A stretch of 64,000 nucleotides of DNA from contig JAZDQA010000006.1 of assembly GCA_043797085.1 (NCBI GenBank), forward strand, positions 96,001 to 160,000, in the 5' to 3' direction. A program made the position numbers and the translations under genes. This DNA comes from Pseudomonadota bacterium (GTDB lineage Bacteria; Campylobacterota; Campylobacteria; Campylobacterales; Sulfurimonadaceae). Below the pieces are notes generated by a model, which did no database searches, was not told where the DNA came from, and worked only from the letters and a program-made list of their open reading frames with translations. Shown piece after piece: positions 1 to 10,737 of the stretch (its first letter is position 1; every line of letters starts with the position of its first letter).

Positions 1-768
1 ATCCGTTGTCGGAGAAAAATGCTCTCTGTCGATTCCGTTGATAATACCGCTGAGTTTTGCGCGATGAAAATGCAAAAATCCCTCCAATGCGCATCCAAAC
101 GCAGGAAACATAATCTCTTTTGCGTAGGTTGGGCTTACGGTCGTGATCTCATCTGCGTACGCAATCCCTGCTTTCATAAAATTCACTTTGCCGTAAAACT
201 CCAAAGAATCCATTGTAAAATATTTTTTATCTATCCCAATACTCTCTAAAAGAGTCGAATCAAATATCCCCTGATATGCCAGATTATGAATCGTATAGAT
301 CACTTTTGGCGAGAGAGTCCGATCTTTGTGTATCAATAATGCCGTGAGTGCGCACTGCCAATCATTGAGATGGACAATCTCGTAACGATTTTTATGCAGC
401 AGTGCGGTAATTGCATACGAGAAAAGGGCAAAACGCAATCCGTTATCCTCATATCCGGCTTCCGGTGTACCGTAGAGAAACTCTCTATCGCACAGCATTG
501 GATGGTAAACAAAACGATATTTTACCTCCTCATACGTGCATTCATACATCTCAATTCGGTAGTGCGTCTCTCCCATCGATACGTCGAAAAAGCAATCTTC
601 TGAGACAATTTTGAATTTATCTCGATCAACCGATTGATACAGAGGCATAATGACCTCAACATCATACGTACTAAGCGCACGAGGTAAAGCATGTGCCACA
701 TCTGCCAAACCGCCTGTTTTGGCAAAAGGATAAACTTCACTTGCAGCGAATAGCACTTTTTTAGACAT
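1..768 (-). CDS. glgA: glycogen/starch synthase, 3' end runs off the window
   Basis: Read manually (not in the ORF track): ATG at 768 after GAGGAG RBS gives MSKKVLFAASEVYPFAKTGGLADV, containing the KTGGL motif; overlaps the stop of the upstream galT-like gene. Confidence 0.92.
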   Translation of the reverse strand, partial: MSKKVLFAASEVYPFAKTGGLADVAHALPRALSTYDVEVIMPLYQSVDRDKFKIVSEDCFFDVSMGETHYRIEMYECTYEEVKYRFVYHPMLCDREFLYGTPEAGYEDNGLRFALFSYAITALLHKNRYEIVHLNDWQCALTALLIHKDRTLSPKVIYTIHNLAYQGIFDSTLLESIGIDKKYFTMDSLEFYGKVNFMKAGIAYADEITTVSPTYAKEIMFPAFGCALEGFLHFHRAKLSGIINGIDREHFSPTTD

Positions 769-1762
769 AATTTTCTCCTCGCAAAACTTTAGCCGCCAAT
801 TCGGGTTCCATCGGATTAATCATCATGTCGGTATTCGTCTCAAATCCGCCAAAGCGATAAAGTCGCGGAAGGATGCGAATGTAAAAAGGATACAGATTGC
901 TTCTCTCTCTGTCTTCGTGCAACGGCGGTGTTGATACCCATAGATTAAATGCCATGTTGTCCATTTGAGTACTCAAACGCTGCATCACCGACAAAAGCAA
1001 GGTTGATAGTGATTCGATTCTTTCGTTACTGAGCGCGTCGATTGATTCCATCCTCTGAGATGAAGCGATCATCACCTCAAAGGGATAATTGCTGGCATAA
1101 GGACAAAATGCACTAAATTCCCCTACTCGCTCGATGATTCGAACCTCAGCGTCCTCTTCATCACGTACGATCGATTCCATCAAAGGATGATGATGAGTTT
1201 CGAAATATTCACGGCTTCGCTGATATACATCACGCTGTGCTTTTGGGATCAAAGGAAGGGCTATGAGCTGAGTATGACAATGGCTCATGGTTGAACCTGC
1301 ATCATATCCTTCGTTTTTAAAGAGAGAAATGGAAGCAAGACGATGATCACGTCTAAGGTCTTCCACCCGTGCTCTGAGGGTTTTGAGCCATGCGACGCTC
1401 TCCTCATGACTCCACTGGCTCATGGAAACATAATGTTCCGACGTATCGATGATCACTTCATGCGCCCCAAAACCTTCCCACGACTCAAACGTCCCGAAAT
1501 TATGCTGATGGGGAGCTTCGATCGCAACGGCTTTGTAGAGATTGGGGACGACGCGAGTATGCCATTGAGGTTGATTAGCCAAGCTGTCGCTGTGACGCAA
1601 TGCAAAAATTTCTTTGGGAGTCATGGCTTCATTTCCCTCGCAAAAAGGACATATTACAAGTTGGTCTTCTTCTCGTATCGTAGTCATATCCGGTCGGTGC
1701 AACCGCTCAGGGGAGATGAGGACATAGCTATCGTTTAAACGATCATATCGGATTTCAGACAC
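761..1762 (-). CDS. galT: galactose-1-phosphate uridylyltransferase-like (GalT/HIT family) protein
   Basis: CPFCEGNE zinc motif, RVVPNLY, GAHEVII, HxHxQ catalytic motif (HCHTQ). Confidence 0.85.
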   Translation of the reverse strand: MSEIRYDRLNDSYVLISPERLHRPDMTTIREEDQLVICPFCEGNEAMTPKEIFALRHSDSLANQPQWHTRVVPNLYKAVAIEAPHQHNFGTFESWEGFGAHEVIIDTSEHYVSMSQWSHEESVAWLKTLRARVEDLRRDHRLASISLFKNEGYDAGSTMSHCHTQLIALPLIPKAQRDVYQRSREYFETHHHPLMESIVRDEEDAEVRIIERVGEFSAFCPYASNYPFEVMIASSQRMESIDALSNERIESLSTLLLSVMQRLSTQMDNMAFNLWVSTPPLHEDRERSNLYPFYIRILPRLYRFGGFETNTDMMINPMEPELAAKVLRGENYV

Positions 1763-3785
1763 GGGTAATCTCCAAAACGCCGCTTAGATCCAACACTGTA
1801 TCAAAAGCAAAGACCAAAGCAAGACTTAGCCCCTGAACACTCAAATCAAATCCCTGTTCGCTTTGAGAGAGCGTTTGGAGCTGAAAATAGTGCACTTTGA
1901 AGGGAGTATCGGTACGGATGATTATTTTTTTCTCCAAATACAGGTCTTCGATCTCGATCGTCTGCGTCTCTTCAATCGTCCCTATTTGCGCTAAATTGAC
2001 TCCATTGATCCGAATCTTCTCATAATCCGCAAAGTGAAAATTGTGTTCCATCACATAGGTAAAATCGCCTTTGGCATCACTTTTTAGATGGAGAGAAAAT
2101 TCGATTGCACTGGAAGTAAAAATAAAGTTTTTTTCCAACGAGGCATTGGCTCTTTCATCGGTGTATATTCCACCCTCGCGTGTAAAGGAAATACTATTTT
2201 TTGTTTTCGACGATGTATAGGGCTGATTGGCGAAATCTCCATATTCCCGAAAATTACAGTGACGAAAATTTTCCACATTAAAGCTTCTGTCACTGATGTG
2301 ATCGACAAATGAATTTTTGAGATACCAATCATAAATAATTGCATCCCTCAATGCATCATTGACGACCATATTGGTATGATGAATCGTATCAATTCCCTCT
2401 TCTAATGGAGAAACTTTTTCTTTAGGTGCTTCGAAGAGAGCTTGATGATACGCCTCTTTTCGACGCGTGAGGGTATTTTGATAGTTAAAAAATTTATCTC
2501 GTACATCGAGTTCCACCATCTGTCCTCCATGCGCTGAATCAAAACGGGCAATCAGCTTGGAGCTCACTGATTTATACTTCGTATGTCCATCAAGCTCGTT
2601 GGAGTCACTGACGAGGGCTTTCTTTTTCCCGTAACGGATATTTTCACATTCAATTAAATAGCGATAACTGTTGTCGCGCAAGTTGGGAAGATACAGACCG
2701 CCAAAAACCCCATGCCACAAAGGATCATTCGTCTGAAGTTTATACAGCGGTGTTTCGAAATCTCCCTCTTTGTTATGATAGGCGCGAGAAAGCTCGATCA
2801 TCCGTTTGTGAAGACGGTTGCTCTCAGGATATTTGACAAAGAAATTTTTCCAAATTCCCCCTTTGAGAAACTTCACACCGTACTCTTCATAGCGCTGTAA
2901 TCCCATCTCTTCTTTGAGAGCTTTAAGATGCAAAGCATTCTCCGCTCTTAAACTCCATTCACCCATCTCGTAATATGACACATTGGGCAAATAGGCAATC
3001 CCGCGAGGACAATGTGCGTTAAAATACTCACCGAAATGACGTGTCTGGATCGACTCATCTGCCAATACTGTTTTAACAAAAGACTCAAGCCAGCCTTTTT
3101 CATACACCCATTCATGAGTACCCGGCCACATCCCAAATTTTTCGGCATCGTCGAAGATAATCGCCGCCGAATCCTCCTCCCGGTTGTACGATTTAATCGC
3201 ACGAATGGCACTTTCAACATTTAAAAAAGGAATAGCATAACGGAGCTTTTGACTGATAGGAAAGAGCCCCATCGGAATGCCCCCTTCTTCACTCATATAC
3301 ACTCCGTCCAAGACCTCTTGATCAAAGCCGGCACACTGGAAGTGGTAATCGTCCATTACGGTGTAACGCATACCTGAACGATCGAGATCGGGAATGAGGG
3401 AAGATTCCCATACCCGTTCCGTGAGCCACAACCCTTGAGGTTTTTGATCAAAGCGTGTGTGTATCGAATCATTCAGCCGCTGGATTTGCCGTACACGATC
3501 GATTGAGGGAATAACGCTCAAAATCGGTTCATAATACCCTGCACTGAAAAACTCGATGCTCCCGGCTTTAGCCAAAGAAACAATTTTTTCATAGAGTGAC
3601 GGTCGTAATTCCTCGATCCGCTCCATAAGCCATCCGCTGCAATGGACCGAAAACTTAAACTCAGGATAGCGGCTCATCACCTCAAAAAAAGGTTCGTAAC
3701 AAGTTTTTATCCCCAGTTCGATTACCCACTCGAGATTATCCACCGGCTGGTGCATGTGAATCCCTAACAATAATGATGTCTTCAT
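1755..3785 (-). CDS. GH57 alpha-amylase/4-alpha-glucanotransferase
   Basis: HMHQP, GLWLTERVW (nucleophile), FDDAEKFG (acid/base), WHGVFGGLYLP. Confidence 0.88.
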   Translation of the reverse strand: MKTSLLLGIHMHQPVDNLEWVIELGIKTCYEPFFEVMSRYPEFKFSVHCSGWLMERIEELRPSLYEKIVSLAKAGSIEFFSAGYYEPILSVIPSIDRVRQIQRLNDSIHTRFDQKPQGLWLTERVWESSLIPDLDRSGMRYTVMDDYHFQCAGFDQEVLDGVYMSEEGGIPMGLFPISQKLRYAIPFLNVESAIRAIKSYNREEDSAAIIFDDAEKFGMWPGTHEWVYEKGWLESFVKTVLADESIQTRHFGEYFNAHCPRGIAYLPNVSYYEMGEWSLRAENALHLKALKEEMGLQRYEEYGVKFLKGGIWKNFFVKYPESNRLHKRMIELSRAYHNKEGDFETPLYKLQTNDPLWHGVFGGLYLPNLRDNSYRYLIECENIRYGKKKALVSDSNELDGHTKYKSVSSKLIARFDSAHGGQMVELDVRDKFFNYQNTLTRRKEAYHQALFEAPKEKVSPLEEGIDTIHHTNMVVNDALRDAIIYDWYLKNSFVDHISDRSFNVENFRHCNFREYGDFANQPYTSSKTKNSISFTREGGIYTDERANASLEKNFIFTSSAIEFSLHLKSDAKGDFTYVMEHNFHFADYEKIRINGVNLAQIGTIEETQTIEIEDLYLEKKIIIRTDTPFKVHYFQLQTLSQSEQGFDLSVQGLSLALVFAFDTVLDLSGVLEITRV

Positions 3786-3793
3786 TCCCTCTC

Positions 3794-5788
3794 CTATATA
3801 AACCAGTCGGTTGTAAAATAATTATTCAATTCAATCACAAGCGTTCCATTCCCCGGCAGGGTTTGAAGGGGTTGGTTCTCTTCCATGAGTGTCCAACGAA
3901 GATGAACAACGGTGTTGCTTCCAAAATGAGCTCGTGTAAGTGAAAATTCTAAACGGTGGTCAACCACAACCGGTTTTAAAAGCAGACGTTCACCCGTCTC
4001 TTCGATCACCATCTCGATTTGGATAGTATGCGCAGAAAAAGGACTTTTGCCTTCCAAGGCGATATAAACGGCTTGATCATCGAAGCCATAACAGATGGTA
4101 TCGACAGGGCCACGCAACCTGTCCATCGTTGAAAAGCTCTGCGTCTCATCGATCATACCGCATCCAATCCATTCAAAAAAGCCTCTTTTCTCTCCGTCTA
4201 AACGAGGAGAAATACTATTTCGAGGCTTGATCCAAGAGGGTTTGGCGACATTAAAAGAGTTGATCGCTTCCATAAAACGAGTGGGAACCGTTTTTTCCAT
4301 CAAACGATAGATCTCGATCAAATGGTCTCGGAACAAGGTATCAAACTCGGATGAAAATTCGGTCACGTGATCCTCACCGTACCACCAAAACCAGTCACTG
4401 CACTGCGACGCCAAAAGATGATACCGCATCGTTTCGGTGATCTCATGGGTTTGGGCGTAGCTTTCTAGCTCACGGCGTGTCTCAAAAATGAGTTCCCATG
4501 CCCGATTTTTTTCACGATGTCCTACCCACGTATCAAACGTTCCGTGTATCCAGCTGCCGGGGGCTAAATGCTCTAAGCTCTCACACTCGTTGATTTGCGC
4601 TACCTGATCCATACTCACTGTTTTACACCATGTTGACGTGCTCAAAGTGCTATAAAGGGTGGTGAAAAAATCCCATCCGTTGTTCGGATAAAACTCCCAT
4701 GCATTCTCGCCATCGACAATCACGAAAACATGTGGATTTTCTTCATTTTGGGCAATACGATGCAGTTCATCCATAAAATGGCTGCTTGCATTTTCCCCTT
4801 TCATGTGACGATACTCAAATCCGATCAGATCACTCAAACCATGATCACGAAAAGCGATGGTCACATCCTCATAACGATAGGGTTTATAACGCAGAGATGA
4901 CGTATCATTGTGAAGTGATTTATGAAGTATCGCTTCATCAGTCGCAATCCACTTTATACCATGCTCTTTGTAGAGAGCAACGCTTTTTTCATCCACGGCT
5001 CCCTCTGCCGGCCAAAAACCGCTGGGCTTGGTTCCAAATGTTGTTTCATACAATGCAATAGAGCGTTTCACATGCTCAATCGCATCGTCACGTAGTGCAT
5101 ACGCCCCCTTGGGCAACACGGTTGAGGCATTGGCACGCTGTCCATTATCCATGTCCATTAACAAAGGAAGGATCGGATGAAAATAAGGAGTGGTCGAAAC
5201 CGAGATAATCCCCTCTTTTTGCAGTCTCCCGTAAAAAGGGAGTATCTCTTGGACAAAAAGGGATAACGTTTCCAGTAATTCCGTTTTGTCATTTTGGGTG
5301 TACCCTCGCTGTTTGATAAACAACGCTTTGACCAAATCATTATGAAGCCGAAGAGTATTTCCGCACCATGCGAGTAAAAAAACTACTTCCAAATCGATCA
5401 GTTCATCATCACTAAAAAACGTCTGCTCATAGAGCTCACTATAGCGCTGTATGGGGTGAACCATGGTGTCATACTGCGTCGCGGTACAAAGTTTGATGAG
5501 CCACTCTTGTTGCGATTGGCTAAGTGTTGAGGGGTGCTGTGCCCACAAAGAAAGAAAATAATCGTATTTCAGCGGTTGGGTATAAAGTTTGAGCTGTTCG
5601 ATTAACGAAGCACTGAGGTTGAACGTGGCTTTGAGTCCCGAATACTGACTCATAAGCCACGGCATCTCATAATAATCTTTTATGGCATGTAAAAAAACCC
5701 ATGGCATACTCATCACACCATCACGACCCCGATAATCAGGCTGATGCATGTGCCAAAAAAACGAGAGGCTAAGGGTTCGATCATTCAT
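3794..5788 (-). CDS. GH57 glycoside hydrolase (amylopullulanase-like)
   Basis: WHMHQP, GFWPAEGAV, VDGENAWE, SDWFWW; start placed at MNDRTL (ATGA overlap with the upstream stop). Confidence 0.87.
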   Translation of the reverse strand: MNDRTLSLSFFWHMHQPDYRGRDGVMSMPWVFLHAIKDYYEMPWLMSQYSGLKATFNLSASLIEQLKLYTQPLKYDYFLSLWAQHPSTLSQSQQEWLIKLCTATQYDTMVHPIQRYSELYEQTFFSDDELIDLEVVFLLAWCGNTLRLHNDLVKALFIKQRGYTQNDKTELLETLSLFVQEILPFYGRLQKEGIISVSTTPYFHPILPLLMDMDNGQRANASTVLPKGAYALRDDAIEHVKRSIALYETTFGTKPSGFWPAEGAVDEKSVALYKEHGIKWIATDEAILHKSLHNDTSSLRYKPYRYEDVTIAFRDHGLSDLIGFEYRHMKGENASSHFMDELHRIAQNEENPHVFVIVDGENAWEFYPNNGWDFFTTLYSTLSTSTWCKTVSMDQVAQINECESLEHLAPGSWIHGTFDTWVGHREKNRAWELIFETRRELESYAQTHEITETMRYHLLASQCSDWFWWYGEDHVTEFSSEFDTLFRDHLIEIYRLMEKTVPTRFMEAINSFNVAKPSWIKPRNSISPRLDGEKRGFFEWIGCGMIDETQSFSTMDRLRGPVDTICYGFDDQAVYIALEGKSPFSAHTIQIEMVIEETGERLLLKPVVVDHRLEFSLTRAHFGSNTVVHLRWTLMEENQPLQTLPGNGTLVIELNNYFTTDWFI

Positions 5789-8295
5789 GAAGACTTCGAC
5801 CACTCCTGTATTTTTTCCGTGTAGCGTTTAGTATACATCTCCCCTTTTTTATCGTCCGTTGCTTGGATCGTCAGATTGAGATAATCGCTGTATTGATCCG
5901 GAATCATTAACACCCAGTCGTCTTTATCCAGCCAAATTTTGACCCCATCGAGCGTCGACGATTCTTTGTCTTTGGCATCTTCCAAAAATTTGCGCATCAT
6001 TTTTCCCTTCAGGGACTGAGTACACGGAAGCTGAATCGTTGTATAGAAAAAGTGGGGAAGTGATGCAATAATTTCAGAGAGTTTTACACCATGTGTCACC
6101 ATCATCTCCAAAATTTTCAATGTCGCATACATCGAATCTCTGTGGGTCGCAAATTCGGTAAAGGTAAAGTTCCCCTCACCCGTAGCAACCAAATCATAAC
6201 TTTTCATCTTAGCCGCTTTGAAATTCGCGTATTGTCCCCGTTCAATCTCCAGATGATCAAAATAGACAATATCTGCAGCCCATGTCGGTAAAAAGACCCG
6301 CTTCTTCGCTCCGCTGGCTTTGGCTTCCATATTTAAAAGACTCATGACAACATACAAGGCACTTTGTTTGGAGAGGGGAAGCCCCTCATCACACATAATA
6401 TCCAATCGCTGACCATGAGGATAAAGTATAAATCCACCATCGAGTTTGAGTGCGTTAATCACCGCCCCCATATCCTCATACGAGCGTTTTACCAACGTGT
6501 TAATGTTCGAGAGACGCTGTTCATCGCTGTAAGCATTGAACATAATGTGTTCAACCCCCAGATCGTTCAGAATATCAGGAAATACCTCAGATGCCAAACC
6601 ATGTGTCAAATCGACGGCAATACGGCAATCAAGGCATTTAAACCGATGCGATTGTAAAACGGACTCCATCCCTTTTTTATACTCGGCGTATTCACGCTTG
6701 TGATCAAGTTCGTGTATCTGCCCGATTTGAGAATAATCGACTCGACGGAAAGTCTCTTTGAAAAATGCCTTTTCTACTTTTTTTGCCACATCATTGTTGA
6801 TACGAAGCGCTTCATGATTGTAAAAAGTAATCACCGTACTGGTGGGATCATCGATTTTTTGATGAAAATGGACCCCTGCCGTATAGTGCTCATGGAAGGA
6901 AAGACTGCATCGCATAACGGCTGAGGGGATAGCATTATAATCGACAACGTCGACTCCCGAAGAGAGCAGACCGCCTAAAAATGCCCGCTTCAGCATCCGT
7001 GAGCTTTTATCATAATGACGTGATACCAACACCTTCGAGCCTACAGGCAACTGCGCACCAAAAGATTCCGCTATCTTCGTCGCCATTTCGCATGAAAGTT
7101 CCACATTTGATTTTCCGATAACCATTCCGTTTTCAAAAATAGAATTTTTATATTTACTTCCCAGAATGACACTGCGGCTGACGATAGCGGCATCTTCGAT
7201 CATTTTATACGGCCAAATGGTGACATCTTTTTCGATGGTGACGAGCTCACCGATTTCGCATCCCTCGGCTAAGATCAATCCTGATTTAGCGGTAACATTT
7301 TTTCCGATACGGTTCCCGTCGCAAATAACACACCCGTCTAATTTGGCATTTTTTCCGATCTCAACATCGTTCCAAATGACGGTATTGGCAATTTTTGACG
7401 AAGAGCCGATAACAACATTATTTCCTATCACGACATTGCAGAGCTTCGAACCGCGTTTAACCGTTACATTTTTACCGATTACGACGATTCCGATGACTTC
7501 AACACTCTCATCGAGGGTATTGTCCTCTTCACAAATGAGAACACCATCGGGATATTTAACCGTTTCTCCCCCAATATTAAGTTTGATTTTACCGGCAAGT
7601 ATATCTTCATAGACATCGCGATAACTCTCAGGATTTCCGACATCGCGCCAGTAGCCCGCAGCGTAGCCAGCCATCAAATCGATTCCCTGACGCATCAGCA
7701 GAGGAAAGAGATCTTTGGCAAAATCAAAATTCTCATTTTTGGGAATGTACTCCAAAATCTCAGGTTCGATGATATAAATACCGGTGTTTATGGTGTCACT
7801 AAACACCTCACCCCAGCTTGGTTTTTCGAGGAATTTTTCGATTTTTCCCTCTTCATTGGCGATAACCACACCAAATTCAAGCGGATTTTCAACGGAGGTC
7901 AATGTAATGGTTAATTTAGAATTTTTTGATTTGTGGTAATCAAAAATCTGTTGAAAATCAAAATCAGTCACCAAATCACCGCTGATAATGATGAAGTTTT
8001 CATCTCCGATATATTCCTGCGCTTTTTTAACCGCACCCGCAGTCCCATAATCATCATCAGGGACAACATACGTAATATTGATACCCCAAGCACTTCCGTC
8101 TTGGAAATAATCTTTGATGACATCGGGCTTAAAATAGAGTAATACAATAAATTCTTTAATGCCTAAATCTCGTAGGCTTACAATCGTATGCTCCATCATT
8201 GGACGGTTCATTATCGGTAACATGGGCTTTGGGACAGAATTCGTCAGGGGCTGTATTCGTGTTCCAAATCCGCCTGCCATAACAACAGCTTTCAT
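5785..8295 (-). CDS. sugar-phosphate nucleotidyltransferase + left-handed beta-helix + phosphohexomutase-like fusion (mannose-1-P guanylyltransferase/PMM family)
   Basis: MAGGFGTRIQPLT..PKPM, EKP, YWRDVG, hexapeptide repeats, C-terminal PGM/PMM-like region. Confidence 0.85.
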   Translation of the reverse strand: MKAVVMAGGFGTRIQPLTNSVPKPMLPIMNRPMMEHTIVSLRDLGIKEFIVLLYFKPDVIKDYFQDGSAWGINITYVVPDDDYGTAGAVKKAQEYIGDENFIIISGDLVTDFDFQQIFDYHKSKNSKLTITLTSVENPLEFGVVIANEEGKIEKFLEKPSWGEVFSDTINTGIYIIEPEILEYIPKNENFDFAKDLFPLLMRQGIDLMAGYAAGYWRDVGNPESYRDVYEDILAGKIKLNIGGETVKYPDGVLICEEDNTLDESVEVIGIVVIGKNVTVKRGSKLCNVVIGNNVVIGSSSKIANTVIWNDVEIGKNAKLDGCVICDGNRIGKNVTAKSGLILAEGCEIGELVTIEKDVTIWPYKMIEDAAIVSRSVILGSKYKNSIFENGMVIGKSNVELSCEMATKIAESFGAQLPVGSKVLVSRHYDKSSRMLKRAFLGGLLSSGVDVVDYNAIPSAVMRCSLSFHEHYTAGVHFHQKIDDPTSTVITFYNHEALRINNDVAKKVEKAFFKETFRRVDYSQIGQIHELDHKREYAEYKKGMESVLQSHRFKCLDCRIAVDLTHGLASEVFPDILNDLGVEHIMFNAYSDEQRLSNINTLVKRSYEDMGAVINALKLDGGFILYPHGQRLDIMCDEGLPLSKQSALYVVMSLLNMEAKASGAKKRVFLPTWAADIVYFDHLEIERGQYANFKAAKMKSYDLVATGEGNFTFTEFATHRDSMYATLKILEMMVTHGVKLSEIIASLPHFFYTTIQLPCTQSLKGKMMRKFLEDAKDKESSTLDGVKIWLDKDDWVLMIPDQYSDYLNLTIQATDDKKGEMYTKRYTEKIQEWSKSS

Positions 8296-8508
8296 TGATC
8301 TCCTTTTTGAAACAGTTTTAACTACACAATCATCTATTATTCTAATACTAGCACTAAATCATAGCATTTTTTTTATACATTCTCAATCGCTATTTTATAA
8401 ATATTGATAATTTTCTGCTCTTTCAAAAGATGTGATTATTTTATTACTATAAAAATATGTTGATTGATTTTACTCTCACATTATTTCTCTTAGGAAACAC
8501 TCAATACT

Positions 8509-9093
8509 TTAGATGCTAAGCATATTGACAAGATCATAGGAAAAAAGTCCTAAAAGTTTTTCAAAAGTTTTTACGCCGCCACTAGGATCATTGGTCGGGC
8601 ATTGTTGAACGAAATTGAAATTTTTGGTTTTAAGGAGTTTATTACCCTCATTTGAAATGAGATTGACTTTTATTTGCATGATCACATGTGATCCTTGGGG
8701 ATTAAACTCTTGATAAAAATCGATCACTTCGACTTCCAGTGTCAAGTCCGTATTGGCTTTAGACGCTGTTGGTAATACAGCTTTATAAATATTATGCGTA
8801 ATTAATGCAGATTCAACGCTTTGACTTACCAAATCACTGGGTGCAATCACCCACTGGTTGTAGGCAAAATAAGAAAATATCGATCCTTTTTTGTACCACA
8901 TATGATTTGTATTATACATATCATTCGTCATCATAGGCTGAATTTTGATAGATAAATTCGTCTGAATATTGGTTTTATTATTCTCCACAACTTTGCTGTT
9001 AATCCTATGTTCTTTCATCACAACGGCTGAGTTTTTTAATGAACAGCCACTCAAAATCAGTAAGCTTAGAATGGATACTAAAAGTTTTTGCAT
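8509..9093 (-). CDS. ABC-transport auxiliary lipoprotein (PqiC-like)
   Basis: Lipobox LILSGC after MQKLL start with GGAGA RBS; last gene of mlaE/F/D-type operon. Confidence 0.75.
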   Translation of the reverse strand: MQKLLVSILSLLILSGCSLKNSAVVMKEHRINSKVVENNKTNIQTNLSIKIQPMMTNDMYNTNHMWYKKGSIFSYFAYNQWVIAPSDLVSQSVESALITHNIYKAVLPTASKANTDLTLEVEVIDFYQEFNPQGSHVIMQIKVNLISNEGNKLLKTKNFNFVQQCPTNDPSGGVKTFEKLLGLFSYDLVNMLSI

Positions 9094-9094
9094 A

Positions 9095-10003
9095 TTATTC
9101 TCCTGGTCCAGGTTGGATAATTTTTTGTTTAAAAAGTAAATCACTTGGACTCTCTTTGAGTTCTTGAATGACGATTTTCCCCTCGCGCACAAGATTTTTA
9201 GTTTGATTGATAGCATCATTAGAGTTATCCAGCGTCAACGATAGTTTTTCTATTACTTTTGATTTCTTAACATCTTGAAGCATACTGGAGGTCTCTTGGG
9301 TTAAGATTCTTGTGTCATTAATGGCAGATTGCGCTTGCTGTGCAACATTGGAAAATTCTTGCAGCGTTTGATTGATATTATTTTCGACTTCTTTTGTCCC
9401 ATGTATCAAGTGCGTAATCTCTTCTTTATTGTTTTTAAGTTCGGTGGAGATTTGAGAAAAATTATCCAAACTGCTGCTTACGCTGTTAATATTTTTATCA
9501 CTTATGAGGGTATTAACCTTCACTATGGTTTTGGAAATATCCGTTAGCATCCTTTCAGCTTTGTCCGATAGTTTTGACAGCGTGGAAGATTCTGATTTGA
9601 TAACAGGGCGTTCACTTTTATCCATACTTTTTAGAGTTTTGGTCTCTTTTGTCCCCCCTTTTATCTCTAAATATCCGACGCCGGCTATACCTTGTGAATT
9701 TAAAACGATCAAACTGTCCGTTTTGACGGGCGTCTCTTTTTTCACTTTAAACGTTACTTCTACACGCTCCGGATCATTTTTATCAATGGTTATATTTTCA
9801 ACATATCCGACATCTATCCCTTTTAATTTAACGGGTGATGATGTTTTGAGTCCGGAAACAGACTCCCCTATGTAGGTTTTATAGCTGTCGTACTGATCAC
9901 TGTCAATCCCATATTTTCCCATCCAAAAAGCAAATCCCGCCAAACATAGGATACTTATAATTCCAAATAAACCTACAATTATAAAATTCGCATTTCTTTC
10001 CAT
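9095..10003 (-). CDS. mlaD: MCE/MlaD family protein
   Basis: N-terminal TM, ESVSGL..SPVKLKGIDVG MCE motif, coiled-coil C-terminus. Confidence 0.85.
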   Translation of the reverse strand: MERNANFIIVGLFGIISILCLAGFAFWMGKYGIDSDQYDSYKTYIGESVSGLKTSSPVKLKGIDVGYVENITIDKNDPERVEVTFKVKKETPVKTDSLIVLNSQGIAGVGYLEIKGGTKETKTLKSMDKSERPVIKSESSTLSKLSDKAERMLTDISKTIVKVNTLISDKNINSVSSSLDNFSQISTELKNNKEEITHLIHGTKEVENNINQTLQEFSNVAQQAQSAINDTRILTQETSSMLQDVKKSKVIEKLSLTLDNSNDAINQTKNLVREGKIVIQELKESPSDLLFKQKIIQPGPGE

Positions 10004-10737
10004 TAAGTAACCTTTAAAAAATCTTTCAAAAATGTCATATCGCTGTTAATGGCTGCTTCATAATTCCCATCAAAACAAATTCTTTTGTTCTGAAGAACGA
10101 TAAATCTATCCAGTGCACTCTTGATCGTATCCAGATCATGGGTAACGATAATCACGCTAAACCCTAGCATATCTCTTAATTCTACGATTAACTTATCAAA
10201 CGCTTCTGCACTTGACGGGTCGAGTCCGCTTGTCGGTTCATCCAGAAAAAGAAGTTCAGGATCAAGGGCAAGGGCCCGTGCCAAGCCTACTCTTTTTTTC
10301 ATTCCGCCGCTTAGCTCGCTGGGATATAAATAGGCAGACTCACTGGAAAGCCCCACCATGGCGAGCTTGGTCATAGCCATATTTTCGATAAGACCTATAG
10401 GGAGTTTTGTGTACTCAATCAGCGGAAGACAAATATTTTCCAGTACGGTGAGCGATGAGTACAATGCCCCAAATTGGAACAATACGGCCCATTTTTGTCG
10501 AAGTTTATGTGCAGCTTTATGACTGATTCCTCTTAGTGATTCGCCAAGAATTTCGATGTTCCCCGATTGGAATTTTTGGAGCATAATGAGTTGACGCAGC
10601 AGTGTTGATTTACCGGCACCGCTGCCCCCTAGTATTCCAAAAATTTCTCCTTTTTGAATACTAAAAGAGAGATCATCATGAATAAGGGTGTTCCCAAATT
10701 TTGTGACAATATTTTCTACCTTAATAACTTTGGTCAT
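10003..10737 (-). CDS. mlaF: ABC ATPase, MlaF/Ttg2A family
   Basis: GGSGAGKS, LFQFGAL, LSGGMKKRVGLARAL, LDEPTSGLDP. Confidence 0.88.
   Translation of the reverse strand: MTKVIKVENIVTKFGNTLIHDDLSFSIQKGEIFGILGGSGAGKSTLLRQLIMLQKFQSGNIEILGESLRGISHKAAHKLRQKWAVLFQFGALYSSLTVLENICLPLIEYTKLPIGLIENMAMTKLAMVGLSSESAYLYPSELSGGMKKRVGLARALALDPELLFLDEPTSGLDPSSAEAFDKLIVELRDMLGFSVIIVTHDLDTIKSALDRFIVLQNKRICFDGNYEAAINSDMTFLKDFLKVT

Noticed and set aside
19..740. Short ORFs of 67-77 aa in the ORF track
   Set aside because: Shadow frames of glgA; the same applies to most short ORFs antisense to or nested in long genes across the window
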